Assembly (NCBI GenBank): GCA_951406725.2
Contig: OX597835.1
Span: 18,104,001-18,168,000 of the forward strand
Length of the DNA stretch: 64,000 bases
DNA from: Octopus vulgaris
Lineage: Eukaryota
Reading direction: 5' to 3'
Part shown: positions 12,225-25,324 of the stretch, piece after piece
Numbering within the stretch: the stretch's first letter is position 1
How the letters are laid out: each line of letters starts with the position of its first letter
Translations under genes and position numbers: made by a program
The notes under the pieces: model-generated
What the model was told of the DNA's origin: nothing
The model's database searches: none
The model's input: the letters and a program-made list of their open reading frames with translations, nothing else

Positions 12225-12863
12225 AGTTTTCAAAATATTGTTCACCTATTTTAAATCACCACAATAATTCAGCGTTACATTAAAAATTAAAAATTGAAAA
12301 TAAACTTTACAAAATTAAGAATTATAAATTAAAAATATAAATTAGACTACATATATCAAACTTAGAATGTCAAATATAGAATGTCAAATATAAAATTATA
12401 AATCAGAATGAAGAGGTCTGTGATTAAATATGAAAAATAAAAATACATATCCACTTGTGATAGGACTGAGGAGTCATTCAAAATGGAGATTAGAGGAAGT
12501 AAAATATAGCAGAGCATTATGGGAATTTATAGGTGATTACTTCTAAGTGGGGTAATTCCGCTATGCATAGCTTAAATTATCTGCTTCTATTATTATATTC
12601 TATCCAACTATGTTGGGGGATATATATAATGTTATAATGTGATATTTCATAATATTTAATTAATTAATTTATTTAATTATTTATATATTTATATAATCTC
12701 TTATATAAATGAAGTGGGATACACGAAATACTATTCATTCATGGGATAGACTCCAGAATGTTTATTATACTGATTCCAGTTCTTAAATAAATGATTTTCA
12801 TTCACATTCTCCAGTTTTCATACGTGCTCCACAATTTTGGCCAAGACTGTATATATATATATA

Positions 12864-12899
<36 letters not shown>

Positions 12900-13298
12900 C
12901 GTACATAATTAGTCTGATTCTTTATTGCCCACAAGGACGCTTTTTCAATCATTAATCTGTCGCCATATTTGGCCACTGCCTTGAGAAATTTTTAGTGGAA
13001 TGAATGCATATCTATTTGTTAAGCCTGGTGCTTATATTAGCGTCCTCTCCTCTTCCCAAACCGCTAAGTTACGGGGTCATAATCAAACACACACCGGTTG
13101 TCAGGCGCTGGTGGATGACAAACACAAATTCACACACACACATACAAACAAAGACACAGTGTTTAAGAATGCGCCCAAGAACGGTTCAATTTCCGTTGGA
13201 ATGAACGACCTCCCAAGCTGAGCTCTTGACCCACTTGTTACTCCGTTTTCCAGTTATATACAATTTTTGCACCATGTATTAATACAAACATACACGCA

Positions 13299-13338
<40 letters not shown>

Positions 13339-13345
13339 CATATAA

Positions 13346-13376
<31 letters not shown>

Positions 13377-15689
13377 CAAATATAATTATCACGAAACGAG
13401 TTCCACTTTTATTTGACTTTTAAACTACAGATTTTGTAATTAGTGTATAACGAACGAAATTATAGAAACACACGTACGTGCACACATACACACACATACA
13501 TGCACACAAACACATAAACACACACTCAGCCATCCACCAACGCACACGCACACTCACATACATGTATAGATATATGTGCACGCACCCACGTATGTACATA
13601 TGTGTTTTACGCAAATATGTCAGCATGTGATCCACTTCTTTGTAAATCAGGCATAGGCGCGGTGTCGATATAAATAAGACGACAATTAATTCCCTTTGAC
13701 AATCCCTTCTAAATATGAATTTAATAACCATCTTATTTTCATCATGTCACATTTTCTCCTGAGGACACTTGTTTGATGTCCACGGAGGCAGCCATTATTG
13801 TGCCATGTTGTTATAAAGCGCGATTCTTATACGTCACACACAATAATCAGTATTGCATTCAGCGCAATCTTTTCATGTCGCTAGGCTATCGTGTCATCCT
13901 TGATGTTGTTGGTGTTGTTAAATCTCAATTCATCTGTGAATGAGCAAAATCTATGATGAAAGACGTTGAAATACATAGCCTTCCTGTCTTTGTTTCTTTT
14001 TTTTTCTTTTTGTTTGCCTATCCTGAAACTACGTTGTCAAATGTGCCATTCCTTTCTCATCCACTTATGCATGAATGAGTAACATACTTGCTTCGTAAAT
14101 ATGTTAAGTCACCTTCTAGTAAACTCCAAGCTGTTTTGATTTCACTTTGGTAGATAAATTTTCTATGGAGAAACCCAAATGTTTGGGGACATTCAATTAT
14201 AAATATTTGCGTCGCGTTGTTCATTCATCACCCACTTCAAAAGCACCACCTTTCTACTGAGACTCATCAGCGGAATATCGATCTTTCTGCCAGTTCCCAG
14301 ACCATGTCTACAGACCGATGACATAGGCCTACTGCCCATAACAATTATTATGAACATTATATTCACCTTTTAGTATAACATAACACAATAAGAGTTAGGA
14401 TATACTTTAGAGAAAATTTAGCAGGTTTTATTCACTGGCTTACCGGATAGATTTTCTGTTGAATAGAAAAGAATATTAAGTATCATTAGTTAATGCACGT
14501 GTTTAAATGGTTAGATTATTCTAGTCAAAATCGTAAAGATATGAGATCAATTCCCGGTCTTGCGCCGAGTCCTTGAGCATGACAATTTTTTTTCCCGTTG
14601 CTCCAGTCCATTCAGTTGCCGAAACTAAGCTGTAAGTATATTTCACAGGGCCAACCATGGCATATTCTGTGTCAATCTGAATCCCCTTGAAATCTATATT
14701 AAGGGGCACACGTGTCCCTGAGCGAGGGACCTATTTCTTCCCATTTTAGAATTAAGTAAAAACTGTCGAGGCACTCATTGCAGCGGATCAGGAGATCATT
14801 GACCTGTATCAAGCTAAATATAAAGTTGTAAGAGAAATACATTCTGTAGTTTCCAATGGAGATTTGAAGAAATGTTTACTTAATGTATTGACAGTGTGTG
14901 TCTGTATAAAAATTAACTTATTAGAAAACATTGCTCAAAGCAGTGTTTTCATCATCATCATTTAACATCTGTTTTCTATGTCGGCATGGGTTGGATGACT
15001 TGAAAGAAACTGACAAATCCACAATACAACACATGAGTAGAACGGTAACATCCACCACCACATTACACCACATGTCTAAAGAAAGAAGGGAGAAGAGAGA
15101 GGAAAAACTGTAAATAATAAGGAAAGGCATTCAGGGTAATACGCACACAACAGACATATATGCACATATCTGTGATACATATAAGAAATAGAGATAGATA
15201 GATATAGAAATAAATAAATCTATTGAAAGGGCATGGATACAAAAAAACATACGGAGCAAACCCATACAAGAACTTCACGGACGGCCACAACAATATGAAC
15301 AACACGACTAACAACGACAGTAGCAACGGCGGTGACAGCGATGGCAACAACAACAACAACAACTATTACGATGGCAACAACGTGGGCGAACACACAAACG
15401 CCGCGTGATACAGGAACTGTTCGAAATGTTCGTCTCCTAGGACAACAGAAGCACAGTAGGTGAGAGGATGGGCCTCAGGGGGCGGGACAGTTTACAGTTA
15501 ACACGGAAATTTCAATAAACAGTTACCAGGGTAGCAACATTCACGCAAGTAACAAGGATGTAGCGACCTATTCAAAGGTAGAAACTCCGGGTTAATGTGC
15601 AGTAAAATTAATTTGAATAACATCTGCGTTCAACTCCATTTATTTACTTTTAATAATAATATATATATATATATATACATATTCTTATA

Positions 15690-15838
15690 TACGCAGGATT
15701 TTTTTCTGTTTCCGTCTACCGAATCCAATCCTAATTCTACAGTTGTAGACACTTGCACAAGATGCCACGAAGTGGGATTGAAGCCGTAAGCATATGGTTG
15801 GGAAGCAAGCTTCTCACCACATAACCACGCCTTCGCCT
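15690..15838 (-). mobile_element. SINE family A, degenerate 5' head
   Basis: Reverse complement of aggcg(a)aggcgtggttatgtggtgagaagcttgcttcccaacca. Confidence 0.7.
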
Positions 15839-15866
15839 GTATATACATACACATACACCGCACAAG

Positions 15867-15910
<44 letters not shown>

Positions 15911-16867
15911 TGTGTGAGCGGGTGTATGTGTCTGTGTTTGTGTGTCTGTGTTTGTGTGAATGTGTTTATTCATATATATATATATATATATATATATGCA
16001 TATGCAAACTCGCACACAATCACACGCACATACACACACATATATGAGTGCTAGTTACACTTAGGGATGCTTGGGAATGTTTCGATCGTCCCACCCTAAC
16101 ACGAATCGATAATGGGACTCTTAAAAAATAAGGCACAGTAATTCCGAAGATATGCCTGTGAACTCCTTGCAATTACCAAATCGTTGCTGAAAACAGGCAT
16201 TAACTACCAGAATATCAATAACTTTTATCATCCTGTATCGATGACTGAAGCACTAGGGTACTAAAAATTATGAAATATCTTAGTTACAGCATAGAAGTTT
16301 TAATTTAACGTTTGTTTTAAGGAACCAACGTTCAATTATGCCTCTTGCTCTGTCACTCAATGTCAGCGCACACATGTACGGGCGCACATGCTCTTGCACG
16401 CGCACCCAGAAATACACGCGTATATGCGCGTGTATACGTGTCAGTATATGCGAGCGTGTGTGCTAACATTTGCATGGGAGTGTGTATAACTGCATGCGGA
16501 TATATATGAGAGTACAACAAACTACAAAATGTTTTAAGCACCCGGTATGTATATGATCATCAGCTTCGGTTCATTCACTGCAGTTAGTTACCATTCTTAA
16601 CCATCACACACACTCACACACATATACACACATACACCATATATTTTTGAATGTATGTATGTGTGGGTGTATGCATATGTGTATGTGTGAATATAAATAT
16701 ATATATATATATATACATGCATATACTGACACGTGCGCATACACACATACACACATGCATATATGTCTATACATATATATACATATCTCTCTCTATATAT
16801 ATATATATATACACACATATATGTATATGCATATATAAATATATATATATATACATATACATATATG

Positions 16868-16941
<74 letters not shown>

Positions 16942-17707
16942 AATATACATGTATATATGTATATATACATATATACATACACATACACACACAAATATAT
17001 ATATATATATATAAGTATTCTAAGTATACTTCTGCAGACTATTACGGTCAAAGACACTAATACAGGCAGATAACTATTCCTAGAGAGACACGCGTATATA
17101 ACTATCATTGTTTGAAATATAGAAGTTTCGGTGTGATTTCCTTTAATGGAAATTAGGTTTCTTGTTTTTTTTTCCTTCTTTTTGTCGAGTCTTTCTTCGG
17201 TTTCTTTATTGTAAAGAAATTCAAAAACCTCTTTACAAAAGGTAATCTATTTTTAGGCAAATGGTTTGCAAGTAAGATGCTTCTTTTCAAAGATTGTTAA
17301 ATTTTAATTCTACCAAAGATATAGACATGTTTAAATACTTATATTTATAACGTCTATACTTAATATATATATATGTATGCCTGCATGTATGTATGTATGT
17401 ATGTATGTATGTATGTATGTATGTATGTATGTATGTATGTATGTATGTATGTATGTATGTATGTATGTATGCATGTATACATAGGTAGACATACACACAA
17501 TGGCTCACTAATGTTCAGGTATATACGCATCCACAAGCACCAATCTAATGTGAAATGTATTGCTACAGAGATAGGATACTGGAAAATATACACTTTGCTA
17601 TCTATATATCTATCTATATATCTATCTATCTATCTATCTATTTATCTATTTTCTCTCTCTCTCTCTATCAATCTATGATTAACCGTTAACTCTTACACGA
17701 TTTTTTA

Positions 17708-17861
17708 TTCTCTCTCTCCGTTTACTTCTTTGTGTTCCTTTCTGTTGAAGAGCGTAGGCTCGAAATATAAAGCCTTTTCTAACATTCCCGAGCGTCAAAC
17801 TAATACATCTGCTTGTAGTTTATACACCTGTCTTCGTCTTCTTTTTTCTGTGAATTTCAAC
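17708..17861 (+). mobile_element. Repeat family D with hammerhead-like motif (17738-17772)
   Basis: cttt CTGTTGA a gagc gtag gctc GAAA tataaag; ends in (TA)n. Confidence 0.7.
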
Positions 17862-17894
<33 letters not shown>

Positions 17895-18019
17895 ATTTAT
17901 ATATATATCGAGCTCTCAATTTCTTCTACACGTGTTTCTGCTGTAGCGACTACTCACTTTTCCAAATGCATCCTTGCAATATTGACAGTGCACCTTCATC
18001 AGATTTCATCCATTTGGTT

Positions 18020-18180
18020 ATTCGTCGCAGGATTACTAATTTTTGCCAGCTGAGTGGACTTGAGCAACGTGAAATGAAGTGCTTTGCTCAAGAACACAAC
18101 GCGTTGCCCGGTTCGGGAATCGAAATCACAATATCCTACCATCATGAGTTCATCACTCCAAGCAATACGTCATGCACCTC
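18020..18180 (-). mobile_element. Degenerate tRNA-derived SINE with CORE-like segment
   Basis: Minus strand: ttcgattcccg B box then gttgtgttcttgagcaaagcacttcatttcac. Confidence 0.55.
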
Positions 18181-18195
18181 CACTCTCTCACTCTT

Positions 18196-18272
<77 letters not shown>

Positions 18273-18339
18273 TATATATATTTGCAGGTAAAAAGTGTTA
18301 TTATCCTCAGGTATTTTCCAGAAAACGACGAAAGTGAAT

Positions 18340-18845
18340 GATACAGGATAATTGACCAGACATAGTCATCAAAGAGTAGAGCAGAAAATACTTGTACATT
18401 AATAGATGTAAGTGGTCACACTGATAAAAATATATCTCGAAAGGAATTTGACAAATTCACTAAATATAAGGACCTCGAAATTGAAATACAAAAGATGTGA
18501 CATCGTAAAGCGAGAACTGTTCCTGGTATTATGGGTGCTTTAGGTATGTTAATGGATGTCAGAAACATCTAGATAATATCCCTTGGAAACCTTGTCTCAG
18601 AGAAATCCAAAAGATTGTGCTGACAAATACTGCCCACATAGTTAGAAAAACGCTATAAATATCAAATGCATGTGTTGTATTACATGAAGATATTTTGCGA
18701 CTGCCCCTGCCTCGTCCCCTCTCCACGCTTTCAGTCATAGAGTAACGTCTCTTATCCTTCACTCACCCTAAGATGCTGGGTGTGTCTCGGTGAGTGATTG
18801 GAACAAATATGCAGATTAAAAGTAAATAATAATGATAATAATAAT
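18340..18845 (+). pseudogene. Decayed R4/Dong-like LINE 3' end (restriction-like endonuclease) with (TAA)n tail
   Basis: PDIVIK, LIDVSGHTDKNISRKEFDKFTKYKDLEIEIQKM*, GALGM; homologous to 49422-49856. Confidence 0.8.
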
Positions 18846-18867
18846 AATAATAAATTATAGCAGTATT

Positions 18868-18956
<89 letters not shown>

Positions 18957-18957
18957 C

Positions 18958-19031
<74 letters not shown>

Positions 19032-19486
19032 AAATAAAGATAAGACATTTAAATATTTTCAAATTGTTAAAATAACAGAACAGAAAGAAATAAAGGAAAC
19101 ATACATATATATATATATGAAGATATTAGTGTTTAATTGAGAATGTGAATAGGGCAGAACTACGTTTATTTGTATATTTTTATATTTTCAATTTTAAAAA
19201 TTACAAATATTCGGACCAGTAATCAATCTTGCTTCACATCACCTTGTATAAAATGCTGAAGTGAACAATAAGTCACACCTGAGTGGTACTTTTGTTAGGC
19301 ATCCCTAATCAACCTCAACATACTATAGTTTTGCAAGGTTTTCTATCACATCACATCATACTCCCGACACCATCCGTTCCCTCTCTTTCAAAACTATCCA
19401 CACACTACTTTCTCTCTCTCTCCATCTCTCTCTGTGTTCTTCACTGAGAAATGAGTAATTCATTCTGTATTTGTATGGTCGAAATA

Positions 19487-19554
<68 letters not shown>

Positions 19555-19623
19555 CATATATAAATATATACATACACGTATATGTATACATACATGTATA
19601 TACATATATACATACACACACGC

Positions 19624-19667
<44 letters not shown>

Positions 19668-19768
19668 TACATGTATGGTTAAGTCTGTGTCCGATAAAGG
19701 AAGTCGTGTAAGATAATGAGTCCATATATCCATACATGTGTTCTTATACATACATGCAAAGAACCACA

Positions 19769-19804
<36 letters not shown>

Positions 19805-19975
19805 TACACATATATTTGTAAGCATATATATATGTATACATATATGTACGTATATATATATATATAAATATAAATATATATGTATATATATTTATATATA
19901 TACCTATATATATTTGTATATATATATATATTATATGTGTGTATATATATATATATATGTATGTATATGTATATG

Positions 19976-20017
<42 letters not shown>

Positions 20018-20391
20018 TATGATTGTGTCCATACATTGTAGTTTCTTTGTTTCAGTAATATTGTATTCCTCAATTGAATGGGTCTGCATTGGAGCGATTT
20101 GACGAAAGGGGGTAAAAGAAAAGATGAAAAAAGCATAACCTCACGTGCGTGTTTTTATATCGATATACATAAATTTATATATTATATATATATGTACGTG
20201 TGCGTGTATATATTTATAAGTACTTTTTATGCAAATACAAGACATGTAATACACTATAATTTACAATATTATTTATATTTACGTATATAAATATACATGC
20301 GTGTATACATATATATGTATATATGTATATATATATATATGTGTGTGTGTGTGAGTGCATTCATGCACACAAACGCACGCTTATATAAATA

Positions 20392-20428
<37 letters not shown>

Positions 20429-20505
20429 GTACGTATACGTATATATATATTTATTTATTCACAAGCACACATATTCTTACATATACATATACATATATAC
20501 ATATA

Positions 20506-20557
<52 letters not shown>

Positions 20558-21036
20558 TTTATACACTTGTATCTTAATATCTTTATTATGTGCGCATGTG
20601 TGAATGTGTGTGTGTGTGTGTGTGTGAATGTATTTTTGTATTCCTCTCATACACACTGTCACATAGTCGTACATACGCATATATATATATATATGACTGG
20701 ATAAATAAATCGTTTAATAATACTTAAATTATTGATATATAAATCCACTATTACTAACAATAATAATAATAATAATCTGAATATAATATGAAAGAAAAAT
20801 AATATCGTTTTTTTATTTGGTTTTTTATGCTTTCATATAAGTCGGCGGAGCTTCTGAGTATTTTAGTTGTGTTCGTAATGTTGCTGTTAATAAGAAATAT
20901 AGCGATTATGATTTTTGGTATCCTTAATACTGATCATTAGACTACATCCATGCCGAGGAACAGTCTTCAATAATGTTTAATCAAGAAAATCGACCCCAGT
21001 GCTACTTATTTTTCTTCTATACATCGTGCTTATTCT

Positions 21037-21400
21037 AATCCTTAAAATCCTTTAAAATGCTTCAGCCCGAAGGCTGCGGCTATGCTGGGGCACCACCGCT
21101 GAATGAGCTACACGAATATGTGAATCCACCTCTGATACGTGGCACTTGGTCAACAAGGGAGCTCGATGCCGCTCCCCGCATCTGTATCTCTTGTTGTGAG
21201 GTAGGTTCATCTGGGACCCCCGGCAAGAAGGGATGCAGTTTAGTTTTAAAGAAACCCATATTCACACCATGCAAGTCTCTCAGGGCATTTAGGGAGGATG
21301 TTAAAGAGCTGTGGTCCTCTGAAACCCAAGCTGTTGCAGTATCTGGTCCTGTATATTGGACTTTTTTGCGTAAACGCTAAGTATCTGGGACGTAAAGAAA
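21037..21400 (-). pseudogene. CR1-like LINE 3' fragment
   Basis: YRTRYCNSLGFRGPQLFNILPK / LRDLHGVNMGFFKTKLHPFLPGVPDEP, similar to the C-terminus of the LINE at 53979-55403; tail ttttaaaggattttaaggatt. Confidence 0.75.
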
Positions 21401-21559
21401 CTGTTACTTGTTGTCACGCGGTTTTAGGTTATAAACAAAGAAACAAACATACCCACGCCAGCGGGCACGCACATACACACACACATATCTAGCTTTATTA
21501 TTGTTAAAACAATCATAGGAGTGGCCAACGCGTCGATGAAGCTTTAGGCACAGGAGTGG

Positions 21560-21701
21560 TAAGAAGATTACTTTCCAACCACATTGATATGCTTTCAGTC
21601 TCACTACTTGGCATCTTGGCCAGGTGGCTTCTACTGTAGCCTTGGGCCGACCAAAGCCTTGCGAGTGAATTTGGTAGACGGAAACTGAGAAAAGCCCGTC
21701 G
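21560..21701 (+). mobile_element. SINE family A, degenerate 5' half
   Basis: ggcatcttggccagg...gggccgaccaaagccttgcgagtgaatttggtagacggaaactga. Confidence 0.75.
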
Positions 21702-21728
21702 TATCTATCCATCTACCTTTCTATGTAA

Positions 21729-21905
21729 CGGGAAGCTTTATGAAAATAAACAAAAGACGAAGGCAGGTGAAATACAAACAAACAATTGTATTAGTATGGC
21801 GCTCAGGAATATAAATAAAACAAGTCTTTTACGTTTCGAGCCTACGCTCTTCAACAGGAAGATACACAGAAAAGAAACACGGAGAGAAACAAGGAGAGAA
21901 AAAAA
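21729..21905 (-). mobile_element. Repeat family D with hammerhead-like motif (21826-21861)
   Basis: Minus strand: cttc CTGTTGA a gagc gtag gctc GAAA c GTA aaag. Confidence 0.7.
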
Positions 21906-21975
21906 TGTGTATGTATGTATGTATGTATGTATGTATGTATGTATGTATCTAATCTATCTATCTATTTATCTATCC

Positions 21976-22136
<161 letters not shown>

Positions 22137-23325
22137 AATGGCAGTGGCTGAACAAGAACTTGTGTTCTCTATGCTAAATGCGATCTTTAATTTGTGGGGC
22201 TCTCTCATTGGTTCTAGAAAGAGCTTTCCCGTATGCGAAGACACTGACCATATTTTTAGCAAGGTTTGATTACTATGTATAATTTTCATCTCATCTTCTC
22301 CTCTTCTCTTTTCCCTTTTTGTCATTCGTCCTTTTATGCAAAATTCCCCTCTAGACAAATGATTCCTCTGTGCAAAGACTATAGTTGTATTGAGTTTGGC
22401 AAGCCCTTATCATTACTAAATGACATCTTCTAGTCATTTACTGCCATGAATTTCCCCTAAGACTGCTTTCAGCTGTTTGTTTCAGTTAAGGGTTTTGATA
22501 TCACGTCACTCGCTGGTGTATGTCAACAGATTTTGATGTGCCCTTGTCGAGTAATGAAATACAACATCAGGTGTGTGACATTGTGATAAATAAACGATGT
22601 GGCGACATACGTTCCAGCAGCGGATCCAATTTGCAAGATGGCGGATGCGAGGAAGACTTATATTTACTTTTTGCTAATTATGTTATGCCAAAAAAAAAAG
22701 GCAAAAACAAAACAAAACCAATAATAAAAAAACTACAAATCAAAAATAATCGTAGAAAAAAAGAGCAGCAATTATTTCAATCAGAAGAATGTATTTTGAC
22801 TTTCAACTTAATGAACAAAATGTTGCAGGGAAACACTAATTAACTCTCAAACCTAAACACATTTTACAGTATATATAATTATGTTTGGCACACGAAAACA
22901 GTAACTTGTTTGCATTTACTTACAGATTAAACCATCAGCTTAGAAGACATAATTGTTTTAATGTTTTATACTAGCGCGAGTTTATATATGTGTGTATATA
23001 AGTATGTGTGTGTGCGCGGCTGTGTGAGTATGCGTGTGTGTTCGTGTACATGTGTGTGCGCTTTGTTTATTGTTTATCATATTAAATTATATCGTGCAAC
23101 AACTCTGAACCCTGTGTTATTTTTGATTTACCGTTTCTCGTAATGGCGTTCTTTCTGTACTTCATTCGTGTACGTGTGGTGTTTCATGTGTTGTGGTGTT
23201 GAGAGGGTAGAGTTCTACAGTTAAATATTTGGGTTTCTACGGTCCTTCTTTCTTTTGGAAAAATTTAATTAATTTATATATTTGTGATGTGCAATTGTGT
23301 GTGTATATATATATATATATATATA

Positions 23326-23613
23326 CATCACCGTGAGATCACCGTGATCGACCAGGCTATCGCTGGTCACAATGCGCTTCGCATTGTTTTAGCCTTCAAA
23401 TAACGCCACGCCGCTGGCTAAGCGAGCAGGCCAACAGAAGAAAGAGTGAGAGAAAGTTGTGGCGAAAGAGTACAGCAGAGATCGCCCCCCCACCTGCCGG
23501 AGCCTCGTGGATCTTTAGGTGTTTAAACACTCACAACGTCTGGTCTGGGAATCGAAACCGCGATCCTACGACCGCGAGTCCACTGCCCTAACCACTGGGC
23601 CATTGCGCCTCCA
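23326..23613 (-). mobile_element. SINE family B, tail type 2
   Basis: Head ggaggcgcaatggcccagtggttagggc shared with 43700-44090; tail shared only with 57188-57472. Confidence 0.85.
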
Positions 23614-23638
23614 CGTGTATATATCGGATGGTTTATAT

Positions 23639-23673
23639 TTACAAACCCGAGCAACGCCGGGCGATACTGCTAG
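23639..23673 (+). mobile_element. Helitron-type 3' terminus
   Basis: acaaacccgagcaacgccgggcgatactgCTAG followed by T; identical to the terminus of 60888-61284. Confidence 0.65.
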
Positions 23674-23863
23674 TTATTCATAATTCCCCTATCCATTACC
23701 TACAAGGTTTGAAAGTTTCATTAGCTCAAACAGAACAATGAAAATTCGAGAGACTCTGGAATGTTTCCTTCGAACGAAATGTATCCCTGCTACTATTAAA
23801 GAATTGGAAAATCATGTTTTTTTTTTACTGAAATAGATAAAAGTTTAATATCATTAGCTGTCA

Positions 23864-24275
23864 TAGGCGCAGGAGTGGCTGTGTGGTAAGTAGCTTGCTA
23901 ACCAACCACATGGTTCCGGGTTCAGTCCCACTGCGTGGCATCTTGGGCAAGTGTCCTTTGCTATAGCCCCGGGCCGACCAATGCCTTGTGAGTGGATTTG
24001 GTAGACGGAAACTGAAAGAAACCTGTTGTATATATGTATATATATATATATATATGTATGCGTGTGTGTGTGTATTTGTCCCCCTAGCATTGCTTGACAA
24101 CGGATGCTGGTGTGTTTACGTCCCCGTCACTTAGCGGTTCGGCAAAAGAGACCGATAGAATAAGTACTGGGCTTACAAAGAATAAGTCCCGGGGTCGATT
24201 TGCTCAACTAAAGGCGGTGCTCCAGCATGGCCGCAGTCAAATGACTGAAACAAGTAAAAGAGAAAAGAGAGAGAG
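23864..24275 (+). mobile_element. SINE family A, full length
   Basis: Colinear with 494-926 and 44657-45072. Confidence 0.92.
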
Positions 24276-24539
24276 TATGACACCACCCTTGCGCATATTT
24301 CACTGATCATGTGGTTTATGCTCCACACATTGTTAAAAGTGTTCCTTTGCGGAATCGACAACGAAGAACAAGAAGCATTTTCATTGAAAGCAGCAGAAGT
24401 GAAATGATTGGGAAGACTACAACTGTAATATAAAAGCGGGTGGCAGAGGAATTTGTCGTTGGAATAAACTGTTCTGATGACACTAAGCAGAATTCAAACT
24501 GTTAAGTTCTGTGTCGACATTCCATAAATAATATTAAAC

Positions 24540-24905
24540 CGTTATGAAAACCTCCTCGAGGAATGTGAAGACGCAGGCTGGAAAGCGGAACATTTTCCTA
24601 TCGAAGTCGGATGTAGAGGGTTTGTAGGACACAGCGTGAGACGACTGTTGTTATCGTTAGGCCTAATTCATCAATACCACCATGACTGATATCCAATCTA
24701 CAGTGGAGAAGGCTAGCCACTGGATTTGGTTAAAAAGAGACGATGAGCGATGGCTAGAAGTATATTGAGTTCTTCATAACCAGCTGATCTAGCAAGCGGG
24801 GCCTCATATCAGTGAGGGGGGGCCGGTGCGCATTGATGCCGTCGAGATGTAGGCCCCGAAACGGCACGCATTCTCTCCTGATGTCCCCATACACTTGCTA
24901 GCTTC
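24540..24905 (+). pseudogene. HERO-like (RLE-type) LINE C-terminus and structured 3' UTR
   Basis: RYENLLEECEDAGWKAEHFPIEVGCRGFVGHSVRRLLLSLGL / VEKASHWIWLKRDDERWLEVY* (stop 24766-24768); PIEVGCRGF is typical of HERO-clade endonucleases. Confidence 0.8.
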
Positions 24906-25211
24906 CTATATACGGAGCTTTTAACTGGTAGCACTTGCATGTGCAAGTTGCAAGACATATAATGATTGTCTCTCGAGGGAGTGGATTTGTCAGAGTTAGA
25001 ATAAGAGTATGGCTGTTTGATGGAAGATAATAATGAAACTCAGAAGCACTTATGATAAAGCAGCCAGTTTTGAAGTATTTGTGTATATTAGTCAGAAAGG
25101 TTACCAAAAACTGAAAAAAATGCAAAATGCATGTTTTAATATATTGAAATAAAACTGCAAATTTCGTGGATAGGTCTGCAAATATTCTCATTCGCAAGAG
25201 ATTAAGTGTTT

Positions 25212-25324
25212 TGAAGCACTCCGTTTCGCTCAATAAACACTCACAACGCCCGAACTGGGAATCGAAACCGCGATCCTATGACCGCGAGTCCGCTGCCCTA
25301 ACCACTGGGCCATTGCGCCTCCAC
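25212..25324 (-). mobile_element. Internally deleted SINE family B (type 1) with 12-bp TSD
   Basis: tRNA head joined directly to terminal acggagtgcttc; TSD gattaagtgttt at 25200-25211 and 25325-25336. Confidence 0.85.

Noticed and set aside
16075-16130. gtccca/tgggac stem near GAAAC on the minus strand
   Set aside because: No CUGANGA, and the spacing to GAAA is wrong for a hammerhead.
22634-22644. YY1-like caagatggcgg (similar at ~62062 and ~4604)
   Set aside because: Single short motifs with no other promoter or first-exon evidence.
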